Shown: positions 1-9,580 of the stretch, piece after piece
Position numbering within the stretch: the first letter of the stretch is position 1
Layout of the letters: the number at the start of each line of letters is the position of its first letter
NCBI GenBank assembly: GCA_965231095.1
Contig: OZ246416.1
Span: 121,228-185,227 of the forward strand
Reading direction: 5' to 3'
Length of the DNA: 64,000 bases
Source of the DNA: an uncultured Gammaproteobacteria bacterium
GTDB lineage: Bacteria; Patescibacteriota; Patescibacteriia; XYB2-FULL-38-15
The notes under the pieces: generated by a model
Databases searched by the model: none
What the model was told of the DNA's origin: nothing
Seen by the model: the letters and a program-made list of their open reading frames with translations, nothing else
Program-made: the position numbers and the translations under genes

Positions 1-2289
1 TTACGCGGTGGAGCGGAGAGGGAAATCGCCGCCGAGGAAGTTGTTTTAGGAGACGTTATTTTAATTGAAGCGGGAGATAAAATACCGGCTGATGCAAGAC
101 TTTTTAATGCGATAAATTTGGAAATCGTGGAAGCGGCGCTAACCGGAGAAGCCGCGCCTTCGGTAAAATCTATTGGAGAATTATCTCCCGGAACGGTTTT
201 GGCCGAACGGGAAAATATGGTTTATTGCGGAACGAATGTAGTGCGCGGCCGCGGAATGGCCGTAGTTTTTGCTACGGGGAAGGAAACGGAGATCGGGAAG
301 ATAGCTTTGATGCTCGGGAAGACGCCGGAAGAAAAAACTCCTCTTCAGGAAAAGTTGGCAAAATTTGCCCGCCGGCTTTCGGTTCTTTTGTTATCAATTT
401 GTTTTATAATTTTTATTGTTGGGCTATGGCAAGGGAGGTCGTTTGTTGAAATGTTGACGGTCGCGGTCGCGGCCGCCGTGGCGGCGGTGCCCGAAGGGTT
501 GATTGTCACAGTGACGGTTATTTTGGCTATTGGCATGCAAAGAATTTTAAAAGAAAAAGCCTTGGTTAGAAAACTTGTCGCGGCGGAAACGCTTGGCAGC
601 ACTTCAATTATCTGTACTGATAAAACCGGAACGTTGACGCTCGGGAAAATGATGGTTGACCATATTTTTACGGAAACGAAAAGCGAAGAGACGAAATCAA
701 AAATTTTGGAAATTGGTTTGCTTTGCAATAACGCGGTTATTGAAAATCCCGATGATGAACTTGAAGACTGGGTTCTTCTTGGGGATTCAACCGAGCAGGC
801 GTTGCTTTTAGCCGCGGTGCAGGGCGGGGTTGACCAGAAAAAAATTAAAAAAGATTTTCCGCGGCTTTGGGAAATTCCCTTTGACGAGGAGCGGAAATAT
901 ATGGCGACCGTGCACGCGAAAACAGGGGAGAAAGATGAAAAAATAATATTTGTAAAAGGCGCGCCGGAAAAAATTTTATCAATGTCGGAGTGGTTGGAAA
1001 TTGATGGGAAGACGGAAAAATTAACTTCTGAAAAAGTGAGAAAAATTAAAAAAGAGGTAGATGCTTTGGCGGGCAGAGGTTTGCGGATTTTGGCGTTTGC
1101 CCATAAAAATACGACGGAAGGAAAAATCAATGAAAGTGATTTGAACAAATTAATTTTTGTTGGATTTCTTGCTCTCCGCGATCCCCTGCGGAAAGAGTCT
1201 GCTCAAGCGATAAAGATGTGCCGCGCGGCGGGGATCAGGCCGATTCTTGTCACGGGCGACCATCGCCTGACCGCCAAGATGGTGGCGACGGAAATCGGGC
1301 TAGAGACGAGTGAAAAAAATATTTTGGAAGGGGGAGATTTGGATAAAATGAGTGATGAAGAATTCGGAAAAATTTTAAAAAATATTGATGTGTACGCGCG
1401 GGTTGAACCTCGGCATAAAATGAGAATAATTGATGCGTGGCAAAAAAGAGGAGAAGTGGTGGCAATGACCGGCGATGGAGTAAACGACGCCCCGGCATTA
1501 AAAAAAGCTGATGTCGGAGTGGCGCTTGGTTCGGGAACCGAGGTTGCCAAAGAGGCGGCGGACATAATTCTTCTGGACGATAATTTTAATTCCATTGTCA
1601 AGGCGGTCGAGCGGGGGCGGATAATTTTTGAAAATATAAAAAAAGTTGTTTTGTATCTTTTCTCCGATATTTTTACCGAGATGGCGCTTGTGGTCGCAAG
1701 TTTATTTTTTGGTTTGCCCCTGCCGATTCTTGCCGGGCAAATTTTATGGATTAATTTAATTGAAGACAGTCCGCCTTCCATGGCCTTGGCCTTTGACTCG
1801 GGAGAAGGAAGCGTGATGCAGAACCGGCCGAGGCGGAGAGAAGAACCGATTGTTGATTTGGAAATGAAGGCGTTGATCGCGACTATAAGTTCTTTCACGA
1901 TTTTGGTGCTCTTTGGATTTTTTTATTATTTTTGGCAGAGCACCGGCGACTTGGATTATACGCGCACCATAGTTTTTGTCGGGCTCGGCATTGATTCTCT
2001 TCTTTATGTTTATGCCTGCCGAAGCCTTAATTATCCGATCTGGAAAAGTAGCCCTTTTAAAAATAAATTTTTAAATTTATCCGTTGTGTCGGGATTTTTG
2101 ATGTTGGCATTGGCGCTTTATGTTCCATTTTTCGGGCGGATTCTAAAGACCGTTCCTCTGGGGATTTATGATTGGCTTTTACTTATTGGTTTTGGTATTA
2201 TTAATATAATTTTGATAGAGGTAGTAAAGCATATTTTTATGACGAAAAGGAAAAAATGGTTGAAGAAAGATTTTAAAATAGCAGCGTAA
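1..2289 (+). CDS. P-type cation-transporting ATPase (P2-type, Ca2+/Mg2+-ATPase-like); 5'-truncated by window edge
   Basis: Frame 1 is open from nt 1 (…GDVILIEAGDKIPADARLF…, actuator-domain motif) upstream of the annotated TTG at 118. Carries the DKTGTLT phosphorylation motif and the TGDGVNDAPALKKADVGVA hinge, plus multiple C-terminal TM helices. Confidence 0.9.
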   Translation, partial: LRGGAEREIAAEEVVLGDVILIEAGDKIPADARLFNAINLEIVEAALTGEAAPSVKSIGELSPGTVLAERENMVYCGTNVVRGRGMAVVFATGKETEIGKIALMLGKTPEEKTPLQEKLAKFARRLSVLLLSICFIIFIVGLWQGRSFVEMLTVAVAAAVAAVPEGLIVTVTVILAIGMQRILKEKALVRKLVAAETLGSTSIICTDKTGTLTLGKMMVDHIFTETKSEETKSKILEIGLLCNNAVIENPDDELEDWVLLGDSTEQALLLAAVQGGVDQKKIKKDFPRLWEIPFDEERKYMATVHAKTGEKDEKIIFVKGAPEKILSMSEWLEIDGKTEKLTSEKVRKIKKEVDALAGRGLRILAFAHKNTTEGKINESDLNKLIFVGFLALRDPLRKESAQAIKMCRAAGIRPILVTGDHRLTAKMVATEIGLETSEKNILEGGDLDKMSDEEFGKILKNIDVYARVEPRHKMRIIDAWQKRGEVVAMTGDGVNDAPALKKADVGVALGSGTEVAKEAADIILLDDNFNSIVKAVERGRIIFENIKKVVLYLFSDIFTEMALVVASLFFGLPLPILAGQILWINLIEDSPPSMALAFDSGEGSVMQNRPRRREEPIVDLEMKALIATISSFTILVLFGFFYYFWQSTGDLDYTRTIVFVGLGIDSLLYVYACRSLNYPIWKSSPFKNKFLNLSVVSGFLMLALALYVPFFGRILKTVPLGIYDWLLLIGFGIINIILIEVVKHIFMTKRKKWLKKDFKIAA

Positions 2290-2393
2290 ATTGGCGTAGC
2301 CCGTGTCGTTTTTTATCCTTTGCGGTTTAGAAGACGCCCTACGCCGTTACTATGATAGACGACGCCAGGTGGATAAATATTAAATCTTAAAAT

Positions 2394-3212
2394 ATGCCGG
2401 AATTGCCAGAAGTGGAAACAATAAGAAGACAATTGCTCGCGAGAATAAAAGGGAAAAAAATAAAATCAGTTGAAGTTAGGTTAGCGAGGATGGTGAACTT
2501 GCCGGCTAAAGAATTTGAAAAAAAAGTTGTTGGGGCGGCGGTTACGGACTTAAGGCGGCGGGCAAAAATTTTAATTTTAAATTTATCTAACGGCTGGAGC
2601 ATCATCGTGCACTTAAAAATGACTGGGCAGTTGATTTATGATGGCAGGGAAGGAATTGGCAAGCCGCACATTATTTATACTTTTTCTGATGGTCGCCAAT
2701 TAAAACATTATGATTTCCGACTTTTTGGCTACGCGAAGCTCGTGAAAACCGATGAGGTGGAAAAAAATTTAGCGAAAAATAAATTTGGCCCGGAGATTTT
2801 AGATAGAAATCTTACTCTTCGAAAATTCAATGGTTTGCTGGAAGGAAAATTAAACGCGAAAATAAAACCGCTTTTGATGGACCAGACTTTTATCGCCGGG
2901 GTGGGGAATATCTATGCGCAAGAAGCATGTTTTTGTGCTGAGATTTTGCCGACGAGAATTGTTTCCACTTTGACATCCGCGGAAATTAAAAATTTATACT
3001 TTTGTTTACGGAAAATTCTTGCGGCGGCGATTCGGCGGCATGGGACTTCAGTTGATTCTTATGTTGACGCGCTGGGGAAAAAGGGAAGTTATGTACCGCT
3101 TCTTAAAGTCTATGGGCGGGAAGGAGAGGAGTGTTTTGGCTGCAAGGGAAAAGTTAAAACAATTAAATTGGCCGGGCGGGGGACGAGCTTTTGCCCGTCG
3201 TGCCAGAAGTAG
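2394..3212 (+). CDS. mutM: Formamidopyrimidine-DNA glycosylase (Fpg/MutM)
   Basis: N-terminal MPELPEVE (catalytic Pro2/Glu3); C-terminal CxxC…CxxC zinc finger (CFGCKG…CPSCQ); length 272 aa. Confidence 0.9.
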   Translation: MPELPEVETIRRQLLARIKGKKIKSVEVRLARMVNLPAKEFEKKVVGAAVTDLRRRAKILILNLSNGWSIIVHLKMTGQLIYDGREGIGKPHIIYTFSDGRQLKHYDFRLFGYAKLVKTDEVEKNLAKNKFGPEILDRNLTLRKFNGLLEGKLNAKIKPLLMDQTFIAGVGNIYAQEACFCAEILPTRIVSTLTSAEIKNLYFCLRKILAAAIRRHGTSVDSYVDALGKKGSYVPLLKVYGREGEECFGCKGKVKTIKLAGRGTSFCPSCQK

Positions 3213-3220
3213 CATGATAT

Positions 3221-3742
3221 ATGGATTATTATTTTTTTCAACTCATTAACGATTTAGCCGGCAGGTGGCGGGCGCTGGATTGGCTTGGCATCTTTTGCGC
3301 CGAATATCTTATTTTTATTATGGCTTTCGCGATTTTTGCCTGGACTATTTTTAATAAAAATAATCGGCGGGCGGATACGGTTATAATCTTAGAAATTATC
3401 TTAGCGGCATTTTTAAGTTATTGTTTAAAAATTATAATCAACTTGGTTTATTTTCGTCCGCGGCCGTTTTCCGCCCACGACGTAGCTCTTCTTGTCGGAA
3501 AAATAGCTGACGGCTCTTTTCCTTCGGCGCATACGTTTCTGTCTTTTGTTATGGCTTTTGTGATTTTTATGTATAATAAAAAATTGGGTGCGGTCTTATT
3601 GGTTTTCTCATCGTTGGTTGGGATTTCAAGAGTTTATGTTGGGGTTCATTACCCAATGGATGTTTTGGGAGGAGTAGCGTTGGCGTGGTCGGCGGTTTAC
3701 GCGGTAAATAAAATTAATTGGAAAAAATTCTTTAAAATATGA
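3221..3742 (+). CDS. PAP2-family phosphatase (undecaprenyl-diphosphatase-like membrane protein)
   Basis: PAP2 motifs KxxxxxxRP, PSAH and SRVYVGVHYPMDV; multiple TM segments. Confidence 0.75.
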   Translation: MDYYFFQLINDLAGRWRALDWLGIFCAEYLIFIMAFAIFAWTIFNKNNRRADTVIILEIILAAFLSYCLKIIINLVYFRPRPFSAHDVALLVGKIADGSFPSAHTFLSFVMAFVIFMYNKKLGAVLLVFSSLVGISRVYVGVHYPMDVLGGVALAWSAVYAVNKINWKKFFKI

Positions 3743-4800
3743 AAATTGTAATTCGGGCCGGCGGATCGGGAACTAGACTTTGGCCTGTTAGTCGCAAAAA
3801 TAATCCAAAACAATTTCAGGCGCTCTCGGGAAAAAATTCTTTGATTCGCGATACGGTAAATCGCGTAAAACCATTGTTTAAAAAGAGTGGTGATCTTTTT
3901 ATTTCCGTGAATCGGGGTATGGCAAATAGATTGAAAAAAGAAGTTATAAAATTGCCAAATAAAAATATTATTTTAGAACCGGCGGGAAGAAATACCGGGC
4001 CGGCGATTTGTCTTGAAAGTTGTATTTTAGCTCGCCGTTTTGGAGAAGATGTGATTGTCGCGAGTTTGCCTTCTGATGATTATATTTCCAATGCCGCCTC
4101 TTTTTGCAAGATGCTTTTAGCGGCGGAAAAATTTTTGAAAAAAAATCCGGAATATATTGTAACCCCTGGCGCAAAACCGACCTTTCCCGACACGGGCTAC
4201 AGCTATATAAAAGCGGGCGCACGGATGGAAGCTCGTCGTGGCGGAAATATTTTTAAAGTGGGGGGGTGGATTGAAAAACCGGCTCTGGCGCAGTGTAAAA
4301 AATTAATCAAGTCGGGAAGATATTTTGCCCACATGGGAATGTATCTTTGGAAATTAAAAACCGTGTTGGATTTATTCAGAAAATTTCAGCCGAAAATTTA
4401 TGAAGTTTGCAAAAAGTCTGCTGCCGGAGGAAATCCGAAAGATTATAGCAAATTAGAAAAAATTTCCATTGAGTCTGCCGTGACAAATCACGCGCCAAAA
4501 ATTGCCGTTGCCGTTTCAGAAAAATTTATTTGGAGTGATTTGGGAAAATGGCAGATTGTCGCGAAGATGATGCCCGGCGACAAAAAGGGAAATGTGGTAA
4601 AAGGAAACGCGGCGTTCCTTGACACAAAAAATTGTTTGGTTTACGGTCCGAAGAATAAGTTGGTCGCGACGTTTGGTATAAATGATTTAGTGATTATTTT
4701 GGCCGAAGACGCGCTTCTTGTTTGTCCGAAAGATAGGGCGGGAGAGATAAAAAAAATCGTAGACGAATTAGAAAAGAAGGGATTAAAAAAATATTTGTAA
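3739..4800 (+). CDS. Sugar-phosphate nucleotidyltransferase (mannose-1-phosphate guanylyltransferase-like)
   Basis: N-terminal GGSGTRLWPVSR nucleotide-binding motif typical of NDP-sugar pyrophosphorylases; 4-nt overlap with the upstream gene. Confidence 0.7.
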   Translation: MKIVIRAGGSGTRLWPVSRKNNPKQFQALSGKNSLIRDTVNRVKPLFKKSGDLFISVNRGMANRLKKEVIKLPNKNIILEPAGRNTGPAICLESCILARRFGEDVIVASLPSDDYISNAASFCKMLLAAEKFLKKNPEYIVTPGAKPTFPDTGYSYIKAGARMEARRGGNIFKVGGWIEKPALAQCKKLIKSGRYFAHMGMYLWKLKTVLDLFRKFQPKIYEVCKKSAAGGNPKDYSKLEKISIESAVTNHAPKIAVAVSEKFIWSDLGKWQIVAKMMPGDKKGNVVKGNAAFLDTKNCLVYGPKNKLVATFGINDLVIILAEDALLVCPKDRAGEIKKIVDELEKKGLKKYL

Positions 4801-4813
4801 TTTTTAATATTTT

Positions 4814-5845
4814 ATGAAAAAATTTATTTTTTTGGCGGCGTTGATTATTATAGTGGTTGCGGGTTGGTATATTTTTGTTCCGCCTTCGGAGGATCCGGCG
4901 GAAAAAAGTTTTGTGATAGAGAAAGGTGAGGGAGTGAATGAAATCAGCCAGCATCTTTTGGAGCAAAATTTTATAAAAAATAAATTTGTTTTTGAAACTT
5001 ACGTTTGGTTAAAAAAAGTTCAGGGTGATTTTAGGGCCGGCGAGCATATTCTAGGGCAGAATATGAGGATTTGGGAAATTGTTGAAGTTTTAACTTCTCT
5101 TGGTGAAACAAATGAGCGGGATATAAAGGTTCTTGAAGGATGGAATAACCGTGAAATCGCAGATTATTTAGATGAGGGAGGCGTGGTGGGCAAAGACGCG
5201 TTTTTTGGTGTTTTGGAAAATTACAATTCCGGCAACGATGAAAATTATGAATTTTTGGATGATCGGCCAACCGGAGCGACATTTGAAGGATATTTATTTC
5301 CCGACACATATAGAATTTATAAAGAATTTCCCGCGGAATTTTTGGATGAAGGAAAAGACAAAGATTATGTAATGGCCGAGCATATTATTAAAAAAATGCT
5401 TTTAAATTTTGATCAAAAATTAACGGCCGATTTACGCGCGGAAATTTTTCGGCAGAAAAAAACTATTTTTGAAATCGTGACCATGGCGTCAATCATTGAA
5501 AAAGAAGCGCGCGGAGAAGACTTGGCAAAAGTCGCCGATATTTTTTGGCGAAGAATTGACGAAGGAATCGCCCTTCAATCTGACGCGACGGTAAATTACG
5601 CGACGGGAAAATATGAAACTCAGCCCAGCTTTGATGATCTAAAAATTAATTCTCCATACAACACTTATAAATATCGCAGCCTGCCCGAGGGGCCAATCGG
5701 GAATCCCGGACTCGCGGCGATTCGCGCGGCGATTTATCCGGAGGCAAATGATTATTGGTATTTCCTGCACGCCAAAGATGGGCAGACGATTTACAGCCGA
5801 GATTTCGAAGAACATAAAGCAAACAAGGCAAAGTATTTACAATAG
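4814..5845 (+). CDS. mltG: Endolytic murein transglycosylase MltG (YceG family)
   Basis: N-terminal TM anchor and YceG-like architecture (343 aa); conserved E…PDTY region; followed by a rho-independent terminator. Confidence 0.7.
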   Translation: MKKFIFLAALIIIVVAGWYIFVPPSEDPAEKSFVIEKGEGVNEISQHLLEQNFIKNKFVFETYVWLKKVQGDFRAGEHILGQNMRIWEIVEVLTSLGETNERDIKVLEGWNNREIADYLDEGGVVGKDAFFGVLENYNSGNDENYEFLDDRPTGATFEGYLFPDTYRIYKEFPAEFLDEGKDKDYVMAEHIIKKMLLNFDQKLTADLRAEIFRQKKTIFEIVTMASIIEKEARGEDLAKVADIFWRRIDEGIALQSDATVNYATGKYETQPSFDDLKINSPYNTYKYRSLPEGPIGNPGLAAIRAAIYPEANDYWYFLHAKDGQTIYSRDFEEHKANKAKYLQ

Positions 5846-5860
5846 ATAAAATATTTTTAA

Positions 5861-5889
5861 GACGGCACTTGACTAGCGCCGTCTTTTTT
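5861..5889 (+). terminator. Rho-independent terminator downstream of mltG
   Basis: gacggc-acttgactagc-gccgtc hairpin followed by TTTTTT. Confidence 0.7.
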
Positions 5890-5949
5890 GTTAACCTCTG
5901 GCCAAGAAGGTGTTGTCCAAACCGTTTCCCAAAAAGGAGGTAGGCGGAG

Positions 5950-6276
5950 ATGGCGAGTATTTCCGAGAAACAAGCAGCGGAACTTTTGGAGAAGGAGTTT
6001 CCAAAGGTCAGCCGCAAGCTTCGTTGGGTGGTAGTGAAGATTTTTGAACACCTAAGAAACCGGCAGTCAAACGTCATTCTTGGCCCGCGCCCTGCGTACC
6101 TTGCGCTCGTTGACCCCGAACTTACGAGAAAGTGCATGCTCTTCTTGATTCGGGAGGATCTTCGAGCCGGCGGCAATGCGCCGATTTACATCAGGACTAA
6201 TCCGGTTGATGATGTCGCGCGCGGCGGCGAGGGGCGGATTGAGATTGAATTCCAGGAGTGGAGAAGGAGAAGTTAG
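5950..6276 (+). CDS. Hypothetical protein (high-GC islet, SD-driven)
   Basis: 108-aa ORF preceded by aaaggagg SD, 8 nt upstream of ATG; local GC about 52% versus about 38% for flanks. No recognisable motif. Confidence 0.6.
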   Translation: MASISEKQAAELLEKEFPKVSRKLRWVVVKIFEHLRNRQSNVILGPRPAYLALVDPELTRKCMLFLIREDLRAGGNAPIYIRTNPVDDVARGGEGRIEIEFQEWRRRS

Positions 6277-6359
6277 CCCGGCGGACGCGCGCGTTTGCCG
6301 GATTTTTTTACTCATTCTTTTAAATATGGTAAAATAGATATAATTATCTATCCACAATT

Positions 6360-6542
6360 ATGGCGGAAGGAAAAAATTTATCGATAAAAGAGAAAATTTT
6401 GAAGGCAGAGGAAGCTTATCAAAAATTTTTGGATATAATGGCTAAATTGTCGCGGCGCCAGAGGGCGGTTCTGGAAAAAGCGATTGGAAACATAGAAGCG
6501 CGGCAAATGGAAAAAATACGCAAGAACTTGAATCTTGGCTAA
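6360..6542 (+). CDS. Small hypothetical protein (60 aa, helical)
   Basis: Short ORF with K/E-rich helical sequence; a DnaA-box-like cTATCCACA lies immediately upstream. Confidence 0.35.
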   Translation: MAEGKNLSIKEKILKAEEAYQKFLDIMAKLSRRQRAVLEKAIGNIEARQMEKIRKNLNLG

Positions 6543-6571
6543 GTTATTTTTAAATTTCTTAAATAAAATTT

Positions 6572-8029
6572 ATGGCACTTAGAGACTTTGGAACAGACGA
6601 AGCATTGGAAAAATATGAAAAAGAAAAAGGGGCAGCCGAGAAATCGGGCGAAGGTTGGGCAGCGGACAGAACGGAATTTGAAGCGGTCCAAAAAGAAAAA
6701 AAATTAAGAAAGCCCGGAGCGGTATCCAGATTTTTTAATCAGTTTGGGATTGGAAAATATTGGGAGAGAATGAATGATTATTTTGAGCAAGAAGAAAAAA
6801 TGGAAAAATCGGCGGCAGAAAAAGCGGCGGTCAAGGAAACGGTCGGCGATGTGAAAACCGCGGCCGGAGAAAAAGTTCAGGAAGTGAAGGGAGTCGGAGC
6901 GGAGATGCCGGTAAAAATTGAGGCGGCGGCGGCGCGAGCCGGAGCAGAGGCCCCGGAAGCGGCGCCGGTTGTTGCGGAAGCCAAAGTTGAGGAAGCGGCG
7001 ATTGAAGAGGAGGCAGAAGCAGCAAAAGCAGATTTAATAAAAGAGTTGCCACCGGTTGAGGAATTTGAAGAGATTGCGCGAGGGCATGAAGCTATGGCAA
7101 AAAAGGAGAAAGAAGAAGCGGAAGATGTAGAAATTGTTGAGAAAGAATCAATGGAAGATGAAGTAAGAAAAAAATACAAAGATACGCCGGTAAATGAGAT
7201 TGATGCGAGAATTAAATCTTTAAATTTTTCGATAGGCAAAGAAAGAGATTATGACGCGCGAGAATTATTAGAAGCCGAACGCGATATTCTGGCAAAAGTG
7301 AAAAAAGAAAAAATGCCGGCAAAAGCTCGGGAGAAAAAAATAGAGGTTAAATTGCCCGCCTGGGATGAAGAAGAAAATTTAGAAAATTTGCCGCCGGTTG
7401 AAGAATTTGAAGCCGTGGCAAAAGAACATGAAGAGCAGGCGGTTCCGTCTCCGGAAAAAGTTAAAGCAGCTGAGGTTTTGGAAGAAGAAGTGGAGGAACC
7501 AAAAGCGGAATTGCCATCGACTGAGGAATTTGAAGAAATTGCCAGAGCCCACGAGACGAATAAGGAAATGGCCAAGGCAAAAATTGAAGCGGTCCCATTA
7601 GATAAGAAAAAACAAAAAGAGGAGTTGGAAGACATTTTAATTGATTTTGGCTTTAGACGCGGCGACAAAGTTCCGGTGATAGACGAGTCCGGCAAAGTTG
7701 ATCCGAGCTGGGAGATAATAGGTATTGATAAAGACAAAGGAACGGCTTTTGTCACCAAAAAAGGTAAAGACAAGGAGCCAATGCTCAAAACCATAGATTT
7801 GGAAGAGCTGAAGCAATGGAAAAGAGAAGAAGAATTTTTTGGAAAAGGTAAAAAGGAAAGCAGGAAAAGAATGTGGCGCGGAGTTAAGAGTTTGGCCGGG
7901 GCAAGGGGAGAATACGCGGCGCAAAGGAAAAAGAAAGCGGAAAAAGCGTTTAAAATTTCCGAGCCGGAGGTTAAGCCGGAGATTAAGAAAAAACCCAAAC
8001 CGAAAAGGATTAAATTAAAAGTCGCGTAA
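6572..8029 (+). CDS. Acidic low-complexity protein with internal LPPVEEFEEIARxHE repeats
   Basis: 485 aa, E/K/A-rich. Three copies of the motif (E/N)LP(P/S)(V/T)EEFE(E/A)(I/V)A(R/K)xHE at about 7039, 7381 and 7517. Likely a disordered/coiled scaffold. Confidence 0.65.
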   Translation: MALRDFGTDEALEKYEKEKGAAEKSGEGWAADRTEFEAVQKEKKLRKPGAVSRFFNQFGIGKYWERMNDYFEQEEKMEKSAAEKAAVKETVGDVKTAAGEKVQEVKGVGAEMPVKIEAAAARAGAEAPEAAPVVAEAKVEEAAIEEEAEAAKADLIKELPPVEEFEEIARGHEAMAKKEKEEAEDVEIVEKESMEDEVRKKYKDTPVNEIDARIKSLNFSIGKERDYDARELLEAERDILAKVKKEKMPAKAREKKIEVKLPAWDEEENLENLPPVEEFEAVAKEHEEQAVPSPEKVKAAEVLEEEVEEPKAELPSTEEFEEIARAHETNKEMAKAKIEAVPLDKKKQKEELEDILIDFGFRRGDKVPVIDESGKVDPSWEIIGIDKDKGTAFVTKKGKDKEPMLKTIDLEELKQWKREEEFFGKGKKESRKRMWRGVKSLAGARGEYAAQRKKKAEKAFKISEPEVKPEIKKKPKPKRIKLKVA

Positions 8030-8129
8030 GAAGACATTATTCGGAAAATTATATTATAGAACCATATTGATAAAGGGAGATTTTCATATTAAAATATTCT
8101 AAGTAAATTTAATAAATAATTTTAATTTT

Positions 8130-8438
8130 ATGCCAGACAATGAAAGAGAAATCATGGGGAGGGAAGCAGTCAGATTGCTCAACGAACAAATTACTTCGGC
8201 AAAAGAATTGATTACCAAAGTCGAAGGGAGATTAGCAAGAGAGGAATCAACTAGGCCGGAGGAATGGGAGGGGCTCAGAAAGGATTTAGATAGAAATATC
8301 ATGGCGCTCTCTGGTTTAGAAGAGATGGGAATGTTGATTGAGGAGCAGAAAGGACTTCTTACAAAATTAAAAGCTCAGCAGGAGCAATTAGGTAGAGTGC
8401 TTGAAGAAAGAGAGAGGGCTATGCCAGAAGCCGCTTAG
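8130..8438 (+). CDS. Small coiled-coil hypothetical protein
   Basis: 102-aa ORF, heptad-like E/L/K-rich sequence. Confidence 0.5.
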   Translation: MPDNEREIMGREAVRLLNEQITSAKELITKVEGRLAREESTRPEEWEGLRKDLDRNIMALSGLEEMGMLIEEQKGLLTKLKAQQEQLGRVLEERERAMPEAA

Positions 8439-8461
8439 CGTTTAAAATTTTTTAGATAAAA

Positions 8462-8493
8462 AACGCCCTTGACTCAAGCAGAGTCGGGGCGTT
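8462..8493. terminator. Bidirectional hairpin terminator
   Basis: aaacgccc…(loop)…gggcgttt stem between the convergent genes 8130..8438(+) and 8493..8903(-). Confidence 0.6.
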
Positions 8494-8903
8494 TAAGTTA
8501 GAGCGATCTCGTAGCACGGAACCTGGTAGGACGACTCAGGCGACGCGTCTTCTGGAAATTCCGGTAAGTAGACCGCGAGAGTGCAGGGAGGATGTTCCCC
8601 GGCAAGCCGCAGGCGCAGAGTCAGCTTCGGGTGGTCAATGTTTCCCGCGATCAGGTTTTTGACCAGTCCCGGGCATCCCCGGCTCGTCGTGTTGTCCGGA
8701 TTTTGGACGTCAACAACATAGCACAGGCCGCAGAAGATTTTCAGGACTCGTTCCTGGTGGAAAACGAGAGTGAGAATTCTTTCTGTGGGGTTCCACACGG
8801 TGGAAGCGATTCCGTTTCCCAGAAGGAACATCATTATCTTGCTTTTTTCGCTCAAAGGGCGCCTCCTTTCTAGCCCGTTAACGTATGTCCTCTCCATGGA
8901 CAT
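8493..8903 (-). CDS. Hypothetical protein (high-GC islet)
   Basis: 136-aa ORF in a roughly 1-kb GC-rich patch, with its own TTGACA-17-TAAGGT-like promoter upstream and a terminator downstream. No recognisable family. Confidence 0.5.
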   Translation of the reverse strand: MSMERTYVNGLERRRPLSEKSKIMMFLLGNGIASTVWNPTERILTLVFHQERVLKIFCGLCYVVDVQNPDNTTSRGCPGLVKNLIAGNIDHPKLTLRLRLAGEHPPCTLAVYLPEFPEDASPESSYQVPCYEIALT

Positions 8904-9004
8904 TAAACCTTAGAGGATTTTGTTTATTTTGTCAAGGGATAGATAACTTTAGAAATATATTTTATAAATAAAAAAAGAGGCTTGCCTTGTTGGCCTGCCT
9001 CTAC

Positions 9005-9475
9005 CTATCCTCCTTTGTTTACTCCGATCGACTGTGCGGTCACTTCGTGCTCTTCGAGTTCGATCTGGATCATCCGGAGAATCATGGCGAAGTTGCGTTC
9101 AGCCCGCCGCTTGACATCGGGCGACGTGACTGATACGTCCAGAATAATTCTGAACTCGGCTTCGATGGGGGCGCGGAAGTCATCGAACTCTTCGCCATCC
9201 AAAACATTGTCGGGGGCTTCATGCAGTTCGGCCCATGCCTCGTTGGTCGTGGCCGCCTGAATGATGGGGAGGTTGCCCAAAAGTCTCACGACGCTTTCGA
9301 GCCCCTGGAAGATCGGCCACATTGCCGCCAGAAAGTCGTTTCCGGCGCCTCCCACGTCCCAGATCCGATAGATGATTCGCCGGATTTCCGGATTTTCGTC
9401 TCGGTAACGCATGATCTGTTCGGAAACGAAAGCTCGTCGACTATCTCTATCAAAGGTCCTCGCTTGCTCGCTCAT
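9005..9475 (-). CDS. Hypothetical protein (high-GC islet, SD-driven)
   Basis: 156-aa ORF; strong SD (aaggaggg) upstream of ATG; R/E-rich composition typical of high-GC donors; hairpin terminator downstream. Confidence 0.55.
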   Translation of the reverse strand: MSEQARTFDRDSRRAFVSEQIMRYRDENPEIRRIIYRIWDVGGAGNDFLAAMWPIFQGLESVVRLLGNLPIIQAATTNEAWAELHEAPDNVLDGEEFDDFRAPIEAEFRIILDVSVTSPDVKRRAERNFAMILRMIQIELEEHEVTAQSIGVNKGG

Positions 9476-9580
9476 CCTTCCCTCCTTTCTGATTTTTAAC
9501 TTTAGGACAAAGGCTCGCTTTTGTCAAACATCATTTTGTGATATAATTACGAAAAGATATTTTTAAAATAATTTGCTTTT

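Noticed and set aside
345-1898. Minus-strand ORFs 345..1148, 1203..1898 and 1250..1498 inside the P-type ATPase gene
   Set aside because: Antisense to a well-supported CDS; S/F/I-rich low-complexity translations typical of reverse-frame reading of AT-rich coding DNA.
6831-8037. Minus-strand ORFs 6831..7052, 6877..7239 and 7249..8037, and the plus-strand alternative 7398..7601
   Set aside because: They overlap the E/K-rich repeat protein. Their translations are Ser/Ala/Phe-rich mirror images of the purine-rich coding strand with no motifs.
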